DNA of 64,000 nt, taken from positions 117,891 through 181,890 of the forward strand of contig CAWEQK010000002.1 of assembly GCA_963811215.1 (NCBI GenBank), in the 5' to 3' direction. Each line of letters opens with the position of its first letter. Position 1 is the stretch's first letter. The notes under the pieces were generated by a model. It was given only the letters and a program-made list of their open reading frames with translations, was not told the origin of the DNA and ran no database searches. The stretch is from an uncultured Actinomycetota bacterium (GTDB taxonomy: Bacteria; Actinomycetota; Actinomycetes; Propionibacteriales; Nocardioidaceae). Shown piece by piece: positions 28,882 to 39,314 of this stretch. Position numbers and translations under genes: made by a program.

Positions 28882-29748
28882 GTGCCCACCTCCTCCGCCC
28901 GCCGCCCCGACCTCCCCTCGGTCCGCGACCGGGTCGTCGTCGTCACCGGTGCCGGGCGCGGCATCGGCCGCGCCACCGCCGCCGGCTTCGCCGAGGCCGG
29001 CGCCCGGGTGCTCGTGGGCGACCTCGACACCGCGGCGGCACGCGAGGCCGCACAGGCGATCGGCGCTGCCGTCGGCGACCCCGCGCGGGTGCGGGGCGTG
29101 CACGTCGACGTCACCGACCGGGCGTCGTACGCCGCCCTGGTCGCCGAGGCCGAGGCGTGGGGACCGATCGAGGTGCTGGTCAACAACGCCGGGATCATGC
29201 CGCTGGGCCCGCTGCTCGAGCAGGGCGAGGCCAGCATCGACACCACGCTCGCGGTCAACCTGCGCGCCGTCGTGACCGGCACCCGCCTGGTGGCGCCCGG
29301 CATGGTCGCGCGCGGGCACGGCCACGTCGTCAACGTCGCGTCGGCGGTCGGGCGGGTCGCGCTGGCCGGCGGCGCGGTCTACTCGGCGTCCAAGTTCGGG
29401 GTGGTCGGCTTCTCGGAGGCCGCGCTGGGCGAGCTGGCCCCGCACGGCGTGCACGTCTCCTGCGTGCTGCCGACCGTGGTGGCCACCGAGCTCGCCGCCG
29501 GCGTGCACGCCACCCGGGGGATGCGCCCCTGCACCCCCGAGGAGGTCGCCGACACGGTGCTCGACGTCGTGCGCCGGCCGCGCTTCGAGACCTGGGTGCC
29601 GGGCTACGCCAAGGCGCTGTTCCACACCTCCAACGCGCTGCCCCGGCGCGCCCGCGACCTGCTGAGCCACGTCCTGGGCGCCGACACCAGCCTCACCCAC
29701 GTCGACGCGGGCGCCCGGGCCGCCTACGAGCGCCGCGCCGGTCGCTGA
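28882..29748 (+). CDS. Short-chain dehydrogenase/reductase
   Basis: TGAGRGIG, LVNNAG, NVAS, YSASK. Confidence 0.92.
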   Translation: MPTSSARRPDLPSVRDRVVVVTGAGRGIGRATAAGFAEAGARVLVGDLDTAAAREAAQAIGAAVGDPARVRGVHVDVTDRASYAALVAEAEAWGPIEVLVNNAGIMPLGPLLEQGEASIDTTLAVNLRAVVTGTRLVAPGMVARGHGHVVNVASAVGRVALAGGAVYSASKFGVVGFSEAALGELAPHGVHVSCVLPTVVATELAAGVHATRGMRPCTPEEVADTVLDVVRRPRFETWVPGYAKALFHTSNALPRRARDLLSHVLGADTSLTHVDAGARAAYERRAGR

Positions 29749-29782
29749 CCCGGCCCAGATCTCGCACCCAGTCGGCCCGAAC
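29747..29782 (+). repeat. Two degenerate copies of the GACCCGGCCCGGA repeat, 22-nt period
   Basis: CGGCCCAGA at 29751 and CGGCCCGAA at 29773. Confidence 0.6.
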
Positions 29783-29820
29783 CGCCCACCCGGGCGGCTC
29801 TTCCTCCGTAACCTCGACCC

Positions 29821-30825
29821 GTGGCCCCCCTCCGCTCCCGGCTCGTCGCGCTGCTCGCCGTCGCCGGGCTGGCCCCCGTGCTGGCACCGGTCCTGGCCCT
29901 GGGCGCGGCCCCCGCCGGTGCCGACGCCGGTGCGCCCACACCGGCCGAGCGCGACCCGCGCCGCACCCAGGGGCTCTTCGTCGACCCGCTGATGCCCGCC
30001 GCCCAGCAGGGCCCGGCGTACGCCGCGATCGCGAAGCGGCCCCAGGCGCTGTGGCTCTCGAACGAGCACTACCCCCGCGACCAGGTCGCCGACGTGGTGC
30101 GCGCCTACACCTCACGCGCCGCCGCAGCCGGCAAGACCCCGGTGCTGGTGGTCTACGCCATCCCCGACCGCGACTGCGGCCTGCACTCCTCGGGCGGGCT
30201 GCCCGGTGGCGACGCCTACGAGGACTGGGTCGCGCAGGTGGCGGCGGGGGTGCGCGGCAGCAAGGCGCTGGTCGTCGTCGAGCCCGACGCGATCGGCTTC
30301 TACGGCCACGACGAGTGCGCCAACGGCCGCCAGCGCCTCACGCTGCTGCGCACCGCGATGCGCCGGCTGAGCCGGGCGGGCGCCTGGGCCTACCTCGACG
30401 CCGCCCACTCCGGGTGGACGCCGTACGCCGACCGCGCACGGTTGCTGCGCAGGGCCGGGGTCGCCCTGGGCCGGGGCATCAGCACCAACGTGGCCAACTA
30501 CCGGCGCCTGCCGCGGGAGAAGGCCTACGCCGAGACCCTGCTGCGCGAGCTGCGGCGCGACGGCGTCACGGGTCTGCGCTACGTGGTGGACACCTCGCGC
30601 AACGGGGCCCGCAGGCCGGTCGACGGCGACGTCACCAACCCGACCTGGGCACGCCTGGGCAAGGCGCCGAGGCTGCGCTTCGACGCTCGCTTCGACGGCA
30701 CCCTGTGGATCAAGCACCCCGGCGAGTCGGACGGCCCGGTCAACGGCGGGCCGACCTCGGGCCAGTGGTGCGACCTGCTGGCCGACCGGTTGCTGGGCCG
30801 CTCCGACCCGGGCCCCGGCTGCTGA
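29821..30825 (+). CDS. Secreted glycoside hydrolase family 6 (endoglucanase-like)
   Basis: Signal peptide; YAIPDRDC, VVEPD, YLDAAHSGW, TNVANY, VDTSRNG, WIKHPGESDG. Confidence 0.92.
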   Translation: MAPLRSRLVALLAVAGLAPVLAPVLALGAAPAGADAGAPTPAERDPRRTQGLFVDPLMPAAQQGPAYAAIAKRPQALWLSNEHYPRDQVADVVRAYTSRAAAAGKTPVLVVYAIPDRDCGLHSSGGLPGGDAYEDWVAQVAAGVRGSKALVVVEPDAIGFYGHDECANGRQRLTLLRTAMRRLSRAGAWAYLDAAHSGWTPYADRARLLRRAGVALGRGISTNVANYRRLPREKAYAETLLRELRRDGVTGLRYVVDTSRNGARRPVDGDVTNPTWARLGKAPRLRFDARFDGTLWIKHPGESDGPVNGGPTSGQWCDLLADRLLGRSDPGPGC

Positions 30826-30828
30826 GGC

Positions 30829-31341
30829 TCACCAGCCCCAGGAGCCCGGGATCCCCTTGAAGGGCCCGACCACGCGGCTGGTGATCCAGCCGCCGTAGAA
30901 GCCGCCCTCCTGCGCGACCACCAGCTCGCCGTCGACCCGGCAGGCATCCACGGCCAGCGGGGTCACCGCGACGGCGTCGGCCAGCGCCGCGAAGGCCGGG
31001 GTCGGCGTCGGGTAGGTCCACGCGGCACGCTCGGCCACGACCGGCCGGCCGTCGGGGCCGGGGCCGCCGACCAGGTCGAAGTAGGCGGCGCGGCCCTTCC
31101 ACTCGCACGTCGAGGAGCCCTCGGTCGGGCGCAGGACACCCTCGGCGAAGGCCTCGCGCGGCAGGTAGTAGGTCGGCGGGTGGCTGGTCTCCAGCACCCG
31201 CCAGGACCGGGTGGTGCGGGCCACGACCACGCCGCCCACCTCGACCTCGACGCTCTCGGAGGACTCGTCGAGGGCCGGCGGGCGAGGGTAGTCCCACACC
31301 GACTCCTGGCCGGGGCTCGGCTTCTCCGGTCGGGGGCGCAC
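30829..31341 (-). CDS. DUF427 domain-containing protein
   Basis: PGQESVWDYPRPP, VLETSHPPTYY, CEWKGRA, AWTYP, GGFYGGWIT. Confidence 0.9.
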   Translation of the reverse strand: MRPRPEKPSPGQESVWDYPRPPALDESSESVEVEVGGVVVARTTRSWRVLETSHPPTYYLPREAFAEGVLRPTEGSSTCEWKGRAAYFDLVGGPGPDGRPVVAERAAWTYPTPTPAFAALADAVAVTPLAVDACRVDGELVVAQEGGFYGGWITSRVVGPFKGIPGSWGW

Positions 31342-31349
31342 CCGGCGGC

Positions 31350-31532
31350 TCAGTGGTCGGCGCCGGGGCGCAGGTGCATCAGGTCGAGCGCGGCGGTGAG
31401 GTCCTCGGCGCTCTCGTACGCCTCCGGCGCCTGGTCGATGAGCACACCGACCCAGGTCGGCTCGTCGATCAGCACGTCGCTGCCGAAGTACTCCTCGATG
31501 GCCACCGCCACCTGTCGTGTGTCGAGCGTCAT
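31350..31532 (-). CDS. Small acidic hypothetical protein, 60 aa
   Basis: MTLDTRQVAVAIEEYFGSDVLIDEPTWVGVLIDQAPEAYESAEDLTAALDLMHLRPGADH. CACGAT lies 6 nt before the ATG; 8 bp from the DUF427 gene. Confidence 0.65.
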   Translation of the reverse strand: MTLDTRQVAVAIEEYFGSDVLIDEPTWVGVLIDQAPEAYESAEDLTAALDLMHLRPGADH

Positions 31533-31646
31533 GTGCCCATCGTGCCAGGCCAGAAGGGGTGAGGGGAGTCGCGAGGCCGATCCTTGACCCACGTCCCCAC
31601 CCTTGGGGATGGACGGGGCCCACCGGCGACCCGGTAGGCAGGGTGG

Positions 31647-33077
31647 GTGACCAACTCCAGCAGCACGACCACCGAGGACCTCGCCCCGCACGTCCTGGTG
31701 CTCTTCGGCGCCACCGGCGACCTGGCGGCCCGCAAGCTCTTCCCGGGCCTCTACCGGTTGGCCGCCCAGGGCCGGCTGCCCGAGCAGTACGCCGTCATCG
31801 GCAGCGGGCGGCACTCCCCCGGCAGCGACGACGACTTCCGCCAGCAGGTGCGCGACGCGCTGCAGGAGGGCGTCGACGACCTCGACGACGCCGTGGCGGA
31901 CGACCTGCTCGAGCGGGTCTCCTTCTGCACCTCCGACGCCGAGGACGGCGCCGACCTCGCGGCGGCCGTGCGCGAGGCCGAGGAGCGCCTGGGCGGTGAC
32001 GACGCGAGCGGGGTCCGCCGGCTCGTCTACCTGTCGGTGCCCCCGGCGGTGATGACCTCGATGATCGCGATGCTCGGCCGCGAGGGCCTGCACGAGCGCG
32101 CCCGGCTGGTGGTCGAGAAGCCCTTCGGCCTCGACCTCGACTCCGCCCGGGAGCTCGACGCGGCGCTCAAGGAGGTCGTCGAGGAGGAGCAGGTCTTCCG
32201 CATCGACCACTTCCTGGGCAAGGAGGCGGCGCAGAACATCCTCGCGCTGCGCTTCGCCAACGGGCTCTTCGAGCCGGCGTGGAACGCCCGGCACATCGAG
32301 TCGGTGCAGATCGACGTGCCCGAGGACCTCGGGCTCGAGGGCCGCGGCAGCTTCTACGAGTCCACCGGCGCGCTGCGCGACATGATCTCGACCCACCTGG
32401 CCCAGCTGCTCGGACTGGTGGCGCTCGAGGAGGCCTGCCGCTTCGACGCCGACGAGCTGCGCGACGCGAAGTCGGCGGTCTTCGCCGCGATGCGACCGCT
32501 CGACCCCGAGCGGGTGGTGCTGGGCCAGTTCGAGGGCTACCGCGACGACGAGGACGTCGACGACGACTCCGACGTGGAGACCTTCGTGGCGCTCGAGGCG
32601 TGGATCGACAACGACCGCTGGCGCGACGTGCCGTTCTACCTGCGCACCGGCAAGGCGCTGGCCCAGGGTCGGCGCACGATCACGCTGCGCCTGCGCACCC
32701 CGCACACCGAGATCTTCAACGGCTCCGTGGCCAGCAACGAGCTGGTGCTCGAGCTGACCGACGACCCGCGGGTGCACGTCGAGCTGCAGGCCAAGAAGCC
32801 CGGGCCCGACATGGACCTGGTCAAGGCCACGATGAGCCTCGACTTCGCCGACGACGTCGACGCGGGCGACCCGCTGGAGGCCTACGAGCGGCTGCTGCTC
32901 GACGTGCTGCGCGACGACCGCACCCTGTTCACCCGCTCCGACGAGGTCGAGCGGATCTGGGAGGTCTGCCAACCGGTGCTCGACGCCGCCCCCGAGGTGC
33001 ACTCCTACGAGCAGGGGTCGTGGGGCCCGCAGGCCGCCCTCGACCTGCCCAGCGGCGGCTGGTACCTGGGTCGCTGA
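31647..33077 (+). CDS. zwf: Glucose-6-phosphate 1-dehydrogenase
   Basis: [48 protein letters not shown]. Confidence 0.95.
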   Translation: MTNSSSTTTEDLAPHVLVLFGATGDLAARKLFPGLYRLAAQGRLPEQYAVIGSGRHSPGSDDDFRQQVRDALQEGVDDLDDAVADDLLERVSFCTSDAEDGADLAAAVREAEERLGGDDASGVRRLVYLSVPPAVMTSMIAMLGREGLHERARLVVEKPFGLDLDSARELDAALKEVVEEEQVFRIDHFLGKEAAQNILALRFANGLFEPAWNARHIESVQIDVPEDLGLEGRGSFYESTGALRDMISTHLAQLLGLVALEEACRFDADELRDAKSAVFAAMRPLDPERVVLGQFEGYRDDEDVDDDSDVETFVALEAWIDNDRWRDVPFYLRTGKALAQGRRTITLRLRTPHTEIFNGSVASNELVLELTDDPRVHVELQAKKPGPDMDLVKATMSLDFADDVDAGDPLEAYERLLLDVLRDDRTLFTRSDEVERIWEVCQPVLDAAPEVHSYEQGSWGPQAALDLPSGGWYLGR

Positions 33078-33087
33078 GCCGCCCGGC

Positions 33088-36000
33088 TCAGCGAGCGCTC
33101 TCGCGCAGCGTCGCGCCCCGTGCCCCGCGCACGGTCAGCACCGCGCTGGTCACCGCCACCGCCCCGAAGAGCACCGCGGTCACCAGCGCCAGCAGCGCCA
33201 GGCGCGCCGGGTCGATGCCCGCGACCAGCTCGGGGGTCGACAGCGTCTCGGCGTAGCCCAGGGTCACGGTGCGCAGCACGACGTACTGCGCCAGCGCGCC
33301 CGCGGCCAGCCCCGCCACGGCGGTGCTGCCGAGCACCACGCCCAGCTCGAGCAGCACCGCGCGCATTACCTCGCGACGCGAGACACCCACGACCCGCAGC
33401 GAGGCGGCGTCGCTGCGCCGCGCGGGCAGCTGCACCGCGGTGCTGACACCGAGGGCGGCGACCGCCATCACCAGCACCAGGACGGCCACCACGGCGTAGA
33501 GCCGCAGCGCGAGGGCGTAGGCCTCGCCGTCGAGGCCCTCGCGCACCTCGGCGTAGGTGCGGTCGACCACCAGGCCGGCGGCGCGCAGCTCGTCGACGAC
33601 CGGTTCGGGGGTGTCGGCGCGGGCGAGCACCACCACCTCGGAGGAGTCCTGGTCGTAGACCTCGCGGTCGATGCTGACCGTCTCGTAGTCGATGAGCAGC
33701 CCGCGCGGACCGAGCAGCGGCACGCTGGCGGCCTCCACGACCGGGTCGACCGGGAAGCTCAGCGGCGAGCTGGTCGAGAAGGCGTTGGGGTCCGGCTCGG
33801 TGCGCGCGTCGAGACCCTTGACGACCGGCAGGGCCGCGGGCAGGTCGCCCGCGGTGAGCTGGAGGATGGCGGGCTCCTCGGCGGCGGCCTCGATGCGCAG
33901 CACGCCGCCCTCGTCGCTGAGCCGCGTCACCGCCTCGGGCGCGGAGGCGTCGGGCGAGACCCCCCACCCGGCGCCGGTGACGGCGCCCTCGACCGGTTCG
34001 CCGTCGACGAGCACCTCGCGGACCTCGACGGCGCCCACGACCGTGGTCCGCAGCGCCGCGGGTCCGCCGACGGTCAGGCCCTCGAGGCGGCAGCCGTCGC
34101 GGCAGGCACCGACCCGGGTCTCGGTGGTGCCGGTGCCCGACGGCAACGGGAGGAACGCGAAGCGGACCTCGCCCTCGGCGGTGACCAGCCGCAGCCGCAG
34201 CACCAGGTCGTCACCCGAGCGGGCCCGGTTGTCGACCTCGACCCCGATCCGCGCACCTTCCAGCACCGGTACGACGCCGCGCGGGCGCAACCGGTCGGCG
34301 ATCTCGCCCGGCGAGGTGCCCGGCGTCCACTGGTCCGACCACTGCGCGACCCGCTCGAGCCGGGAGGTGTCGGCGACGGTGAAGACCGGGCCGGTGCTCG
34401 ACAGGGTGCCGGCCGCCATCAGCCACCGGCCCTCGGGGTCGGCGGCGCGGCTCAGCGCGACGGTGCGGTCCAGCGACAGGTCGGAGGCCCAGACGACCGC
34501 CGCGGGCGCCCGGGTGGCGGCCACGCTGGCGCGCCACTGCCCGGCCGAGTCGTAGACGCCGGCCCCGAAGACGCAGATCGCGATGGCGGCGGTGACGGGC
34601 AGGATGACCAGGGTGCCCTCGCGGCGCCGGCTCAGCGCACGGGAGGCCACGAAGGTCGACAGCGACGTGTCGCGGGGCCCGCGCCGGGTCCACCAGCCGG
34701 CGAGCGCCGCGGTGCCCCGGGCGCCGCCCAGGCCGGCGACCACCGCCAGCAGCACCGGCAGCACCAGGTCGGTGACGTCGGGCTCGCCCGGGCCGGTGCT
34801 CGACAGCTTGCTCAGCAGCACCACCAGGGCCGCGGCCACCAGCGCGAGCTGGGCCAGCACCGCTCCGCGGCGCGCCCGCACGGGGCGGCGTACGCCGCTG
34901 AGCTGGTCGGCGAGGTCGACGCGCAGCACCAGCCCGACCGCCACCACCGCGACCAGGGCGGCGCCGAGCCCGACGCCGAGACCGGCCACGGCCGAGCTCC
35001 ACGGCAGCGGCAGCGGCAGCCCCGGCACCAGCCACGCCTGCACCAGCAGCCACGAGACGCCCAGCCCGAGGACGGCGCCCGCGGGCACGGCGACGCCCAG
35101 CAGCACCAGGGGCTCCGAGAGGCCCAGCGACCACATGCGGCGGCGCGGGAGACCGCGCAGCGAGGCCAGCGCCAGCTCGGGCAGCCGCAGGTCGGCGGCC
35201 GCGGTGAGCAGGCGCAGCAGCAGCGCGAGCGCGACCAGCACGAGCGAGAGCACAGCGGGCGCCACGGAGCTGCGGGCGGTCTCCTGCTGGGCGCGCACCT
35301 CGGCGGCCACCCCGTCGACGTCGTTGATCGACCGGGTCTCGAAGGTGCCCCGCCCGACCTCGAGGTCGAGCGCGGCGAGGTCGTCCTGGGCGGCGGCGAC
35401 CGCCCGGACCTCGTCGAGCCCCTCGAGGTCGAGGTCGGCGGGCGGCTCGAGCCGGCGGTCGACGAGCACCTCGAACCCGACCCCCGACAGCTGCTCGAAG
35501 GTCTCGGGGCCGGTCAGCAGCGGCGCCGGCCGGTAGGGCTGGTTGCTCGGCGGCGGTGTGGGCGTGCGGGAGGAGAAGCGCGAGAGGTCGAACCACCAGT
35601 CGGCCTCCTCGGGGCCGGGCACCCGGTAGAGGCCGACCACCTCGAGGGTCCCGGCACCCTCCACGTCGAAGGTGGAGCCGACCGAGAAGTCGGTGAGCGT
35701 GGCGTCGCCGGCGAGCATCAGCACCTCGCGCGGGCCCGCCGGGCAGCGGCCCTCGACCTCGAGGTGCTCGCAGTAGCCGTCCTTGGTGGCCAGCCGCACC
35801 AGCCCGCCCAGGCCCGGCGTCTCGTCGGTCCGCACGAAGGTCTGGGGCGCGACGTAGGCCCCGCCCGCGCCGGCGCCGGCCCGCTCGGCGAGCGCGACGG
35901 CGTCAGCGGCCGCCGCGACCGGGCCGGTCCCCGGAGCAGGGACGTGGACCCAGCTGAGCCCGGTGAGCGCGTTGGGCGCCTCGGCGAGCCGGGTGACCAG

Positions 36001-36141
36001 GTAGGAGTTGGTCACCGCCACCTGGAAGACCGGGCCGAGCACGGCCGAGCCGACGGCCAGGGCGATCAGCAGCACCGAGCCGACCGAGAGCAGCAGCCGG
36101 GCACGCAGGCCGCGCACCACCGTGGCCACCAGGGTCCTCAT
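33088..36141 (-). CDS. Large FtsX-like ABC transporter permease
   Basis: ATG 36141 (MRTLVATVVRGLRAR), multiple TM blocks, ELALASLRGLPRRR and DAASLRVVGVSRR FtsX motifs. Confidence 0.85.
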   Translation of the reverse strand: MRTLVATVVRGLRARLLLSVGSVLLIALAVGSAVLGPVFQVAVTNSYLVTRLAEAPNALTGLSWVHVPAPGTGPVAAAADAVALAERAGAGAGGAYVAPQTFVRTDETPGLGGLVRLATKDGYCEHLEVEGRCPAGPREVLMLAGDATLTDFSVGSTFDVEGAGTLEVVGLYRVPGPEEADWWFDLSRFSSRTPTPPPSNQPYRPAPLLTGPETFEQLSGVGFEVLVDRRLEPPADLDLEGLDEVRAVAAAQDDLAALDLEVGRGTFETRSINDVDGVAAEVRAQQETARSSVAPAVLSLVLVALALLLRLLTAAADLRLPELALASLRGLPRRRMWSLGLSEPLVLLGVAVPAGAVLGLGVSWLLVQAWLVPGLPLPLPWSSAVAGLGVGLGAALVAVVAVGLVLRVDLADQLSGVRRPVRARRGAVLAQLALVAAALVVLLSKLSSTGPGEPDVTDLVLPVLLAVVAGLGGARGTAALAGWWTRRGPRDTSLSTFVASRALSRRREGTLVILPVTAAIAICVFGAGVYDSAGQWRASVAATRAPAAVVWASDLSLDRTVALSRAADPEGRWLMAAGTLSSTGPVFTVADTSRLERVAQWSDQWTPGTSPGEIADRLRPRGVVPVLEGARIGVEVDNRARSGDDLVLRLRLVTAEGEVRFAFLPLPSGTGTTETRVGACRDGCRLEGLTVGGPAALRTTVVGAVEVREVLVDGEPVEGAVTGAGWGVSPDASAPEAVTRLSDEGGVLRIEAAAEEPAILQLTAGDLPAALPVVKGLDARTEPDPNAFSTSSPLSFPVDPVVEAASVPLLGPRGLLIDYETVSIDREVYDQDSSEVVVLARADTPEPVVDELRAAGLVVDRTYAEVREGLDGEAYALALRLYAVVAVLVLVMAVAALGVSTAVQLPARRSDAASLRVVGVSRREVMRAVLLELGVVLGSTAVAGLAAGALAQYVVLRTVTLGYAETLSTPELVAGIDPARLALLALVTAVLFGAVAVTSAVLTVRGARGATLRESAR

Positions 36142-38481
36142 CGCGCCGCCTCCTCGCGCAGCACGGCCGGCCGCGAGCGCTCCGGGGAGGGCCGGCGTCC
36201 GCGACCGACCACCAGCGCCACCACGGCGGCCACGACGACGGCCGAGCAGCAGCACCGGCAGCGGGTCGAGGCAGGTGCGCAGCGCGACGGCGTGCGTCGG
36301 GCACCTCGACCAGGGCCAGGTCGCCGAGCAGCCAGCAGCACGCCGGCCGCGGTGCCGAGCAGCGCGGCGGCCACCGAGACCGCGACCAGGCCGGCGCACC
36401 TCGAGCCGGCCGGCGCCGCGGACCCGGCCTACGTCGAGGCCCACCACGCGCAGCGCGGCGACGTCGCGCAGCCAGGCCGGCCGCTCGCGGGCCACGGCGG
36501 TGGCCAGCACCAGCAGCGCGACGAGCAGCCCGAAGCCGGCGACCAGCAGGTAGACGCGGGCCTGGGCCGCCCCGGTCTCGTCGCTGAGCGTCGCGCGCAC
36601 CTGCTCGAGGGTGCGCAGCTCGCCCCCGGTCTCGTCGAGCACCTCGTCGAGCAGCGTCGCAGGGGTGTCGGCACGGGCCAGCACCACCACCTCGGCGACC
36701 GGCACGGTCGGCGGCGAGCCGACCAGCGCGCGCGGCAGGTCGGCCAGCACCCCGTCGGCCTGCACCAGCGGCAGCGCCGGCACCCGAGCCACGACCTGCG
36801 CGGGAAGGTCGACGCCCGCCGGGCGAGTCGAGCACCGGGTCGCCGTCCCAGGTGGCGCTGCGGGTGGCCAGCACCGGCACGGCGACGGAGCCGGTGGCTG
36901 GGCGCGGCGACCAGCGGGGTCGACGAGGTCACCGCGAGCAGGCCGCCCGCGACCGGCACGGGCCCGCCAGGGCGCTCGCCCCGGGTCTCCTGCGCCGGCG
37001 ACCAGTCCCGATCGATCAGGTCCCGGTCGCCGAGGACCAGCGAGTCGAGGGTCCAGGGCAGCTGGCTGTCGCCGGGGCGGCGCTGCCAGGGTCACCGCCA
37101 CCGGCTCGCACCCCTCGGCGCAGCGCACCTCGGTCGAGGCGCTGGCGGGCGCGCCGTCGAGACCGACCTCGAGCCGCAGCCGCACCTGCCGGGAGTCGCC
37201 GGTGACGTCGCGCAGGGTGAGCAGGACCTCCGGGCGCATCCGCCCGCTCGAGCCGGCGGCTCACACCGCTGACGGTGGCCACGACCTCGGTGCCGGCGAC
37301 CGGCCCGACGGTGCCGGCCGCGGACTCGTCGTCGACCAGCTCGTCGACCACCGTGGCCAGGCCGGCGGCGGGGGTGCCTCGAGGAAGCCGTCCAGCACCG
37401 CGCTCGTAGCGCGACAGGTCGAGGAAGGCGCGGCGGGCGGGCACGCTGCCCTCGCCGGGCACCAGCACCCCCGCCATCAGCCAGCGGCCGTCGGGGTCGA
37501 GGCGACGGGTCAGCTCGAGCGCGGGCTCGGCGTCGGTCGTCGAGGTCGATGCGCAGCGGGGCGCCGGCCGCCAGCCGGGCGCTGCCCTCGGTCCACCGCT
37601 CGACCTGGATCGCGGCGGTGAGCGCGACGCCCGCCACGACGGCCGCGGCCACCAGCACCTGCACCGCACGCCGCGGCGCCGGCGACCCGGTCGAGGCGGC
37701 GGGCGGCCAGGAAGCCGGCCAGCCCGGCGCGCGAGCCACGGTGGCGCACCCACCGCCGAGCCAGCAGCCGCAGCAGCCACAGCGCAGCGGCGCCGACGGC
37801 CAGCCCGACCAGCGCCGGGCCGGCGAGCACGACGAGGTCGGGCCCGTCCGCGTCGTCGGCCGGGGTCACCGAGCTGCGGTAGACCGCGACCACAGCGCCG
37901 ACGACGACCAGCACCTGGGCGAAGGCCGACGCGAGAGTCGTGCGCCGCGGCCTCGCGACCGCGGCGACCTGGTCGGCCAGCGGCTCGCGCAGGGACGCCG
38001 GCCATGCCCGCCAGCACGCGCGACGAGCCCGACCAGCGACGACCAGGACGGCCGGCGGTCAGGGCGTCCGCGCCGACGACGGCCGCGGGCTCGCGTGAGC
38101 CAGGCGGCGGCGCTGAGGTGCGCGACCAGCAACCCGAGGCCGCCGCCCAGCAGCCCGCCGAGGAGCAGCACGAGCAGCGGCTCGAGGGCGAGCAGCACGT
38201 AGAGCTCGCCGCCCTCGAGGCCGCGCAGCCGGGCCAGCGCGATCTCGCCACGGCGCGCCGAGGCCAGCTCGCGCCCGGTGGCCGGCACGCGCGACGAGCG
38301 CCAGCAGCAGCAGCGGCACCGCCAGCGCGCCGGAGGTGCCGGCGGCCGCGGCGAAGCCCGAGCACCGCCACCACGCCGGCGACCACGACCGTGGTCAGCG
38401 CAGCAGGGGCAGCAGGGTGCCGCGGCGCGACCAGGCCCCGCGCAGGGTCCGGGTCATGCCGCTGGTCAGGACGCGGGTCAC
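36138..38481 (-). CDS. Second FtsX-like ABC permease; heavily frameshifted
   Basis: Fragments MTRTLRGAWSRRG, EIALARLRG, DPDGRWLMAG, DVAALRVVG, SRPAVLREEAAR across frames. GTGA/ATGA coupling at both ends. Confidence 0.7.
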
Positions 38482-39314
38482 CGGCCGGCCGGCGGGCGCC
38501 GGAAGGCGCGAGTGGTCGCCGTGGCCGGCGGCTGGTGCGGCTGCGGGTCGGGCTCCGGGGCCCCGGCCCGGTCGGCTGCGGTGGTCGGCTCGACGGGCGG
38601 CTCGACGGCTCGCGCTCGACGGGCGGCTCGACGGGCGGCTCGGGGTGGCCGCGGCAGGTGCACCGGCTCGGTGTGGTCGACCAGCCGGCCGTCGTCGAGG
38701 GCGTGGTGGGCGTCGCAGGCGTCGACGACCGCCGGGTCGTGGGTGGCCACGACCACCACCGCGCCGCGCTCGGCCTCGCGCGCGCAGCTCGGCCAGCACC
38801 AGGCCACGGTTGCCCTCGTCGAGCTCGCTGGTGGGCTCGTCGGCGAGCAGCACCCCCGCGCCGACGCACAGCCCGCGGGCCAGCGCCACGCGCTGCATCT
38901 GGCCGCCGGAGAGCTCCTCGACCTGGCGGTCGGCGAGGTCGGCGATGTGGAAGCGGGCCAGCGCCGCGAGCGCCTGCTCGTCGGCCTCGGCCGGCGTCGA
39001 CGCCGCGGGCGCGCAGCGCGACCGAGACGTTCTCGCGCGCGGACAGGATCGGCACCAGGCCGTAGACCTGGAGCACGAAGGCGACCTCGGGCCGCGGGTC
39101 GCCGGTGCCGCGCCAGGTGGGCGCGCCGTCGTACGTCGCCTCGCCGGCTGGTCGGCTCGAGCAGCCCGCCGACGATCGAGAGCAGGGTGGTCTTGCCCGA
39201 GCCGCTGGGCCCGGACAGCGCGGTCATCTCGCCCGCGCGGAGCACCAGGTCGATGTCGTCCAGCAGCGGCCGGTCGAGCTCGTAGCGCACCCCGCGCACC
39301 TGCACGTCGCTCAC
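38478..39314 (-). CDS. ABC transporter ATP-binding protein; frameshifted
   Basis: GPSGSGKTT, LQVYGL, LSGGQMQR, LLADEPT, VATHD; Pro/Glu-rich tail. Confidence 0.85.
   Translation of the reverse strand: MSDVQVRGVRYELDRPLLDDIDLVLRAGEMTALSGPSGSGKTTLLSIVGGLLEPTSRRGDVRRRAHLARHRRPAARGRLRAPGLRPGADPVRARERLGRAARPRRRRRPRPTSRRSRRWPASTSPTSPTARSRSSPAARCSAWRWPAGCASARGCCSPTSPPASSTRATVAWCWPSCAREAERGAVVVVATHDPAVVDACDAHHALDDGRLVDHTEPVHLPRPPRAARRAARRARAVEPPVEPTTAADRAGAPEPDPQPHQPPATATTRAFRRPPAGR
38587..38645 (-). repeat. 12-nt tandem repeat (GGCTCGACGGGC-like) encoding EPPV repeats in the ATPase tail
   Basis: About 4-5 imperfect copies. Confidence 0.6.

Noticed and set aside
33088-37239. 1383-aa single giant permease, and 6785-9430 as an 881-aa GlpD
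   Set aside because: Artefactual upstream read-through. Coupled start codons at 36141 and 7841 define the real genes.
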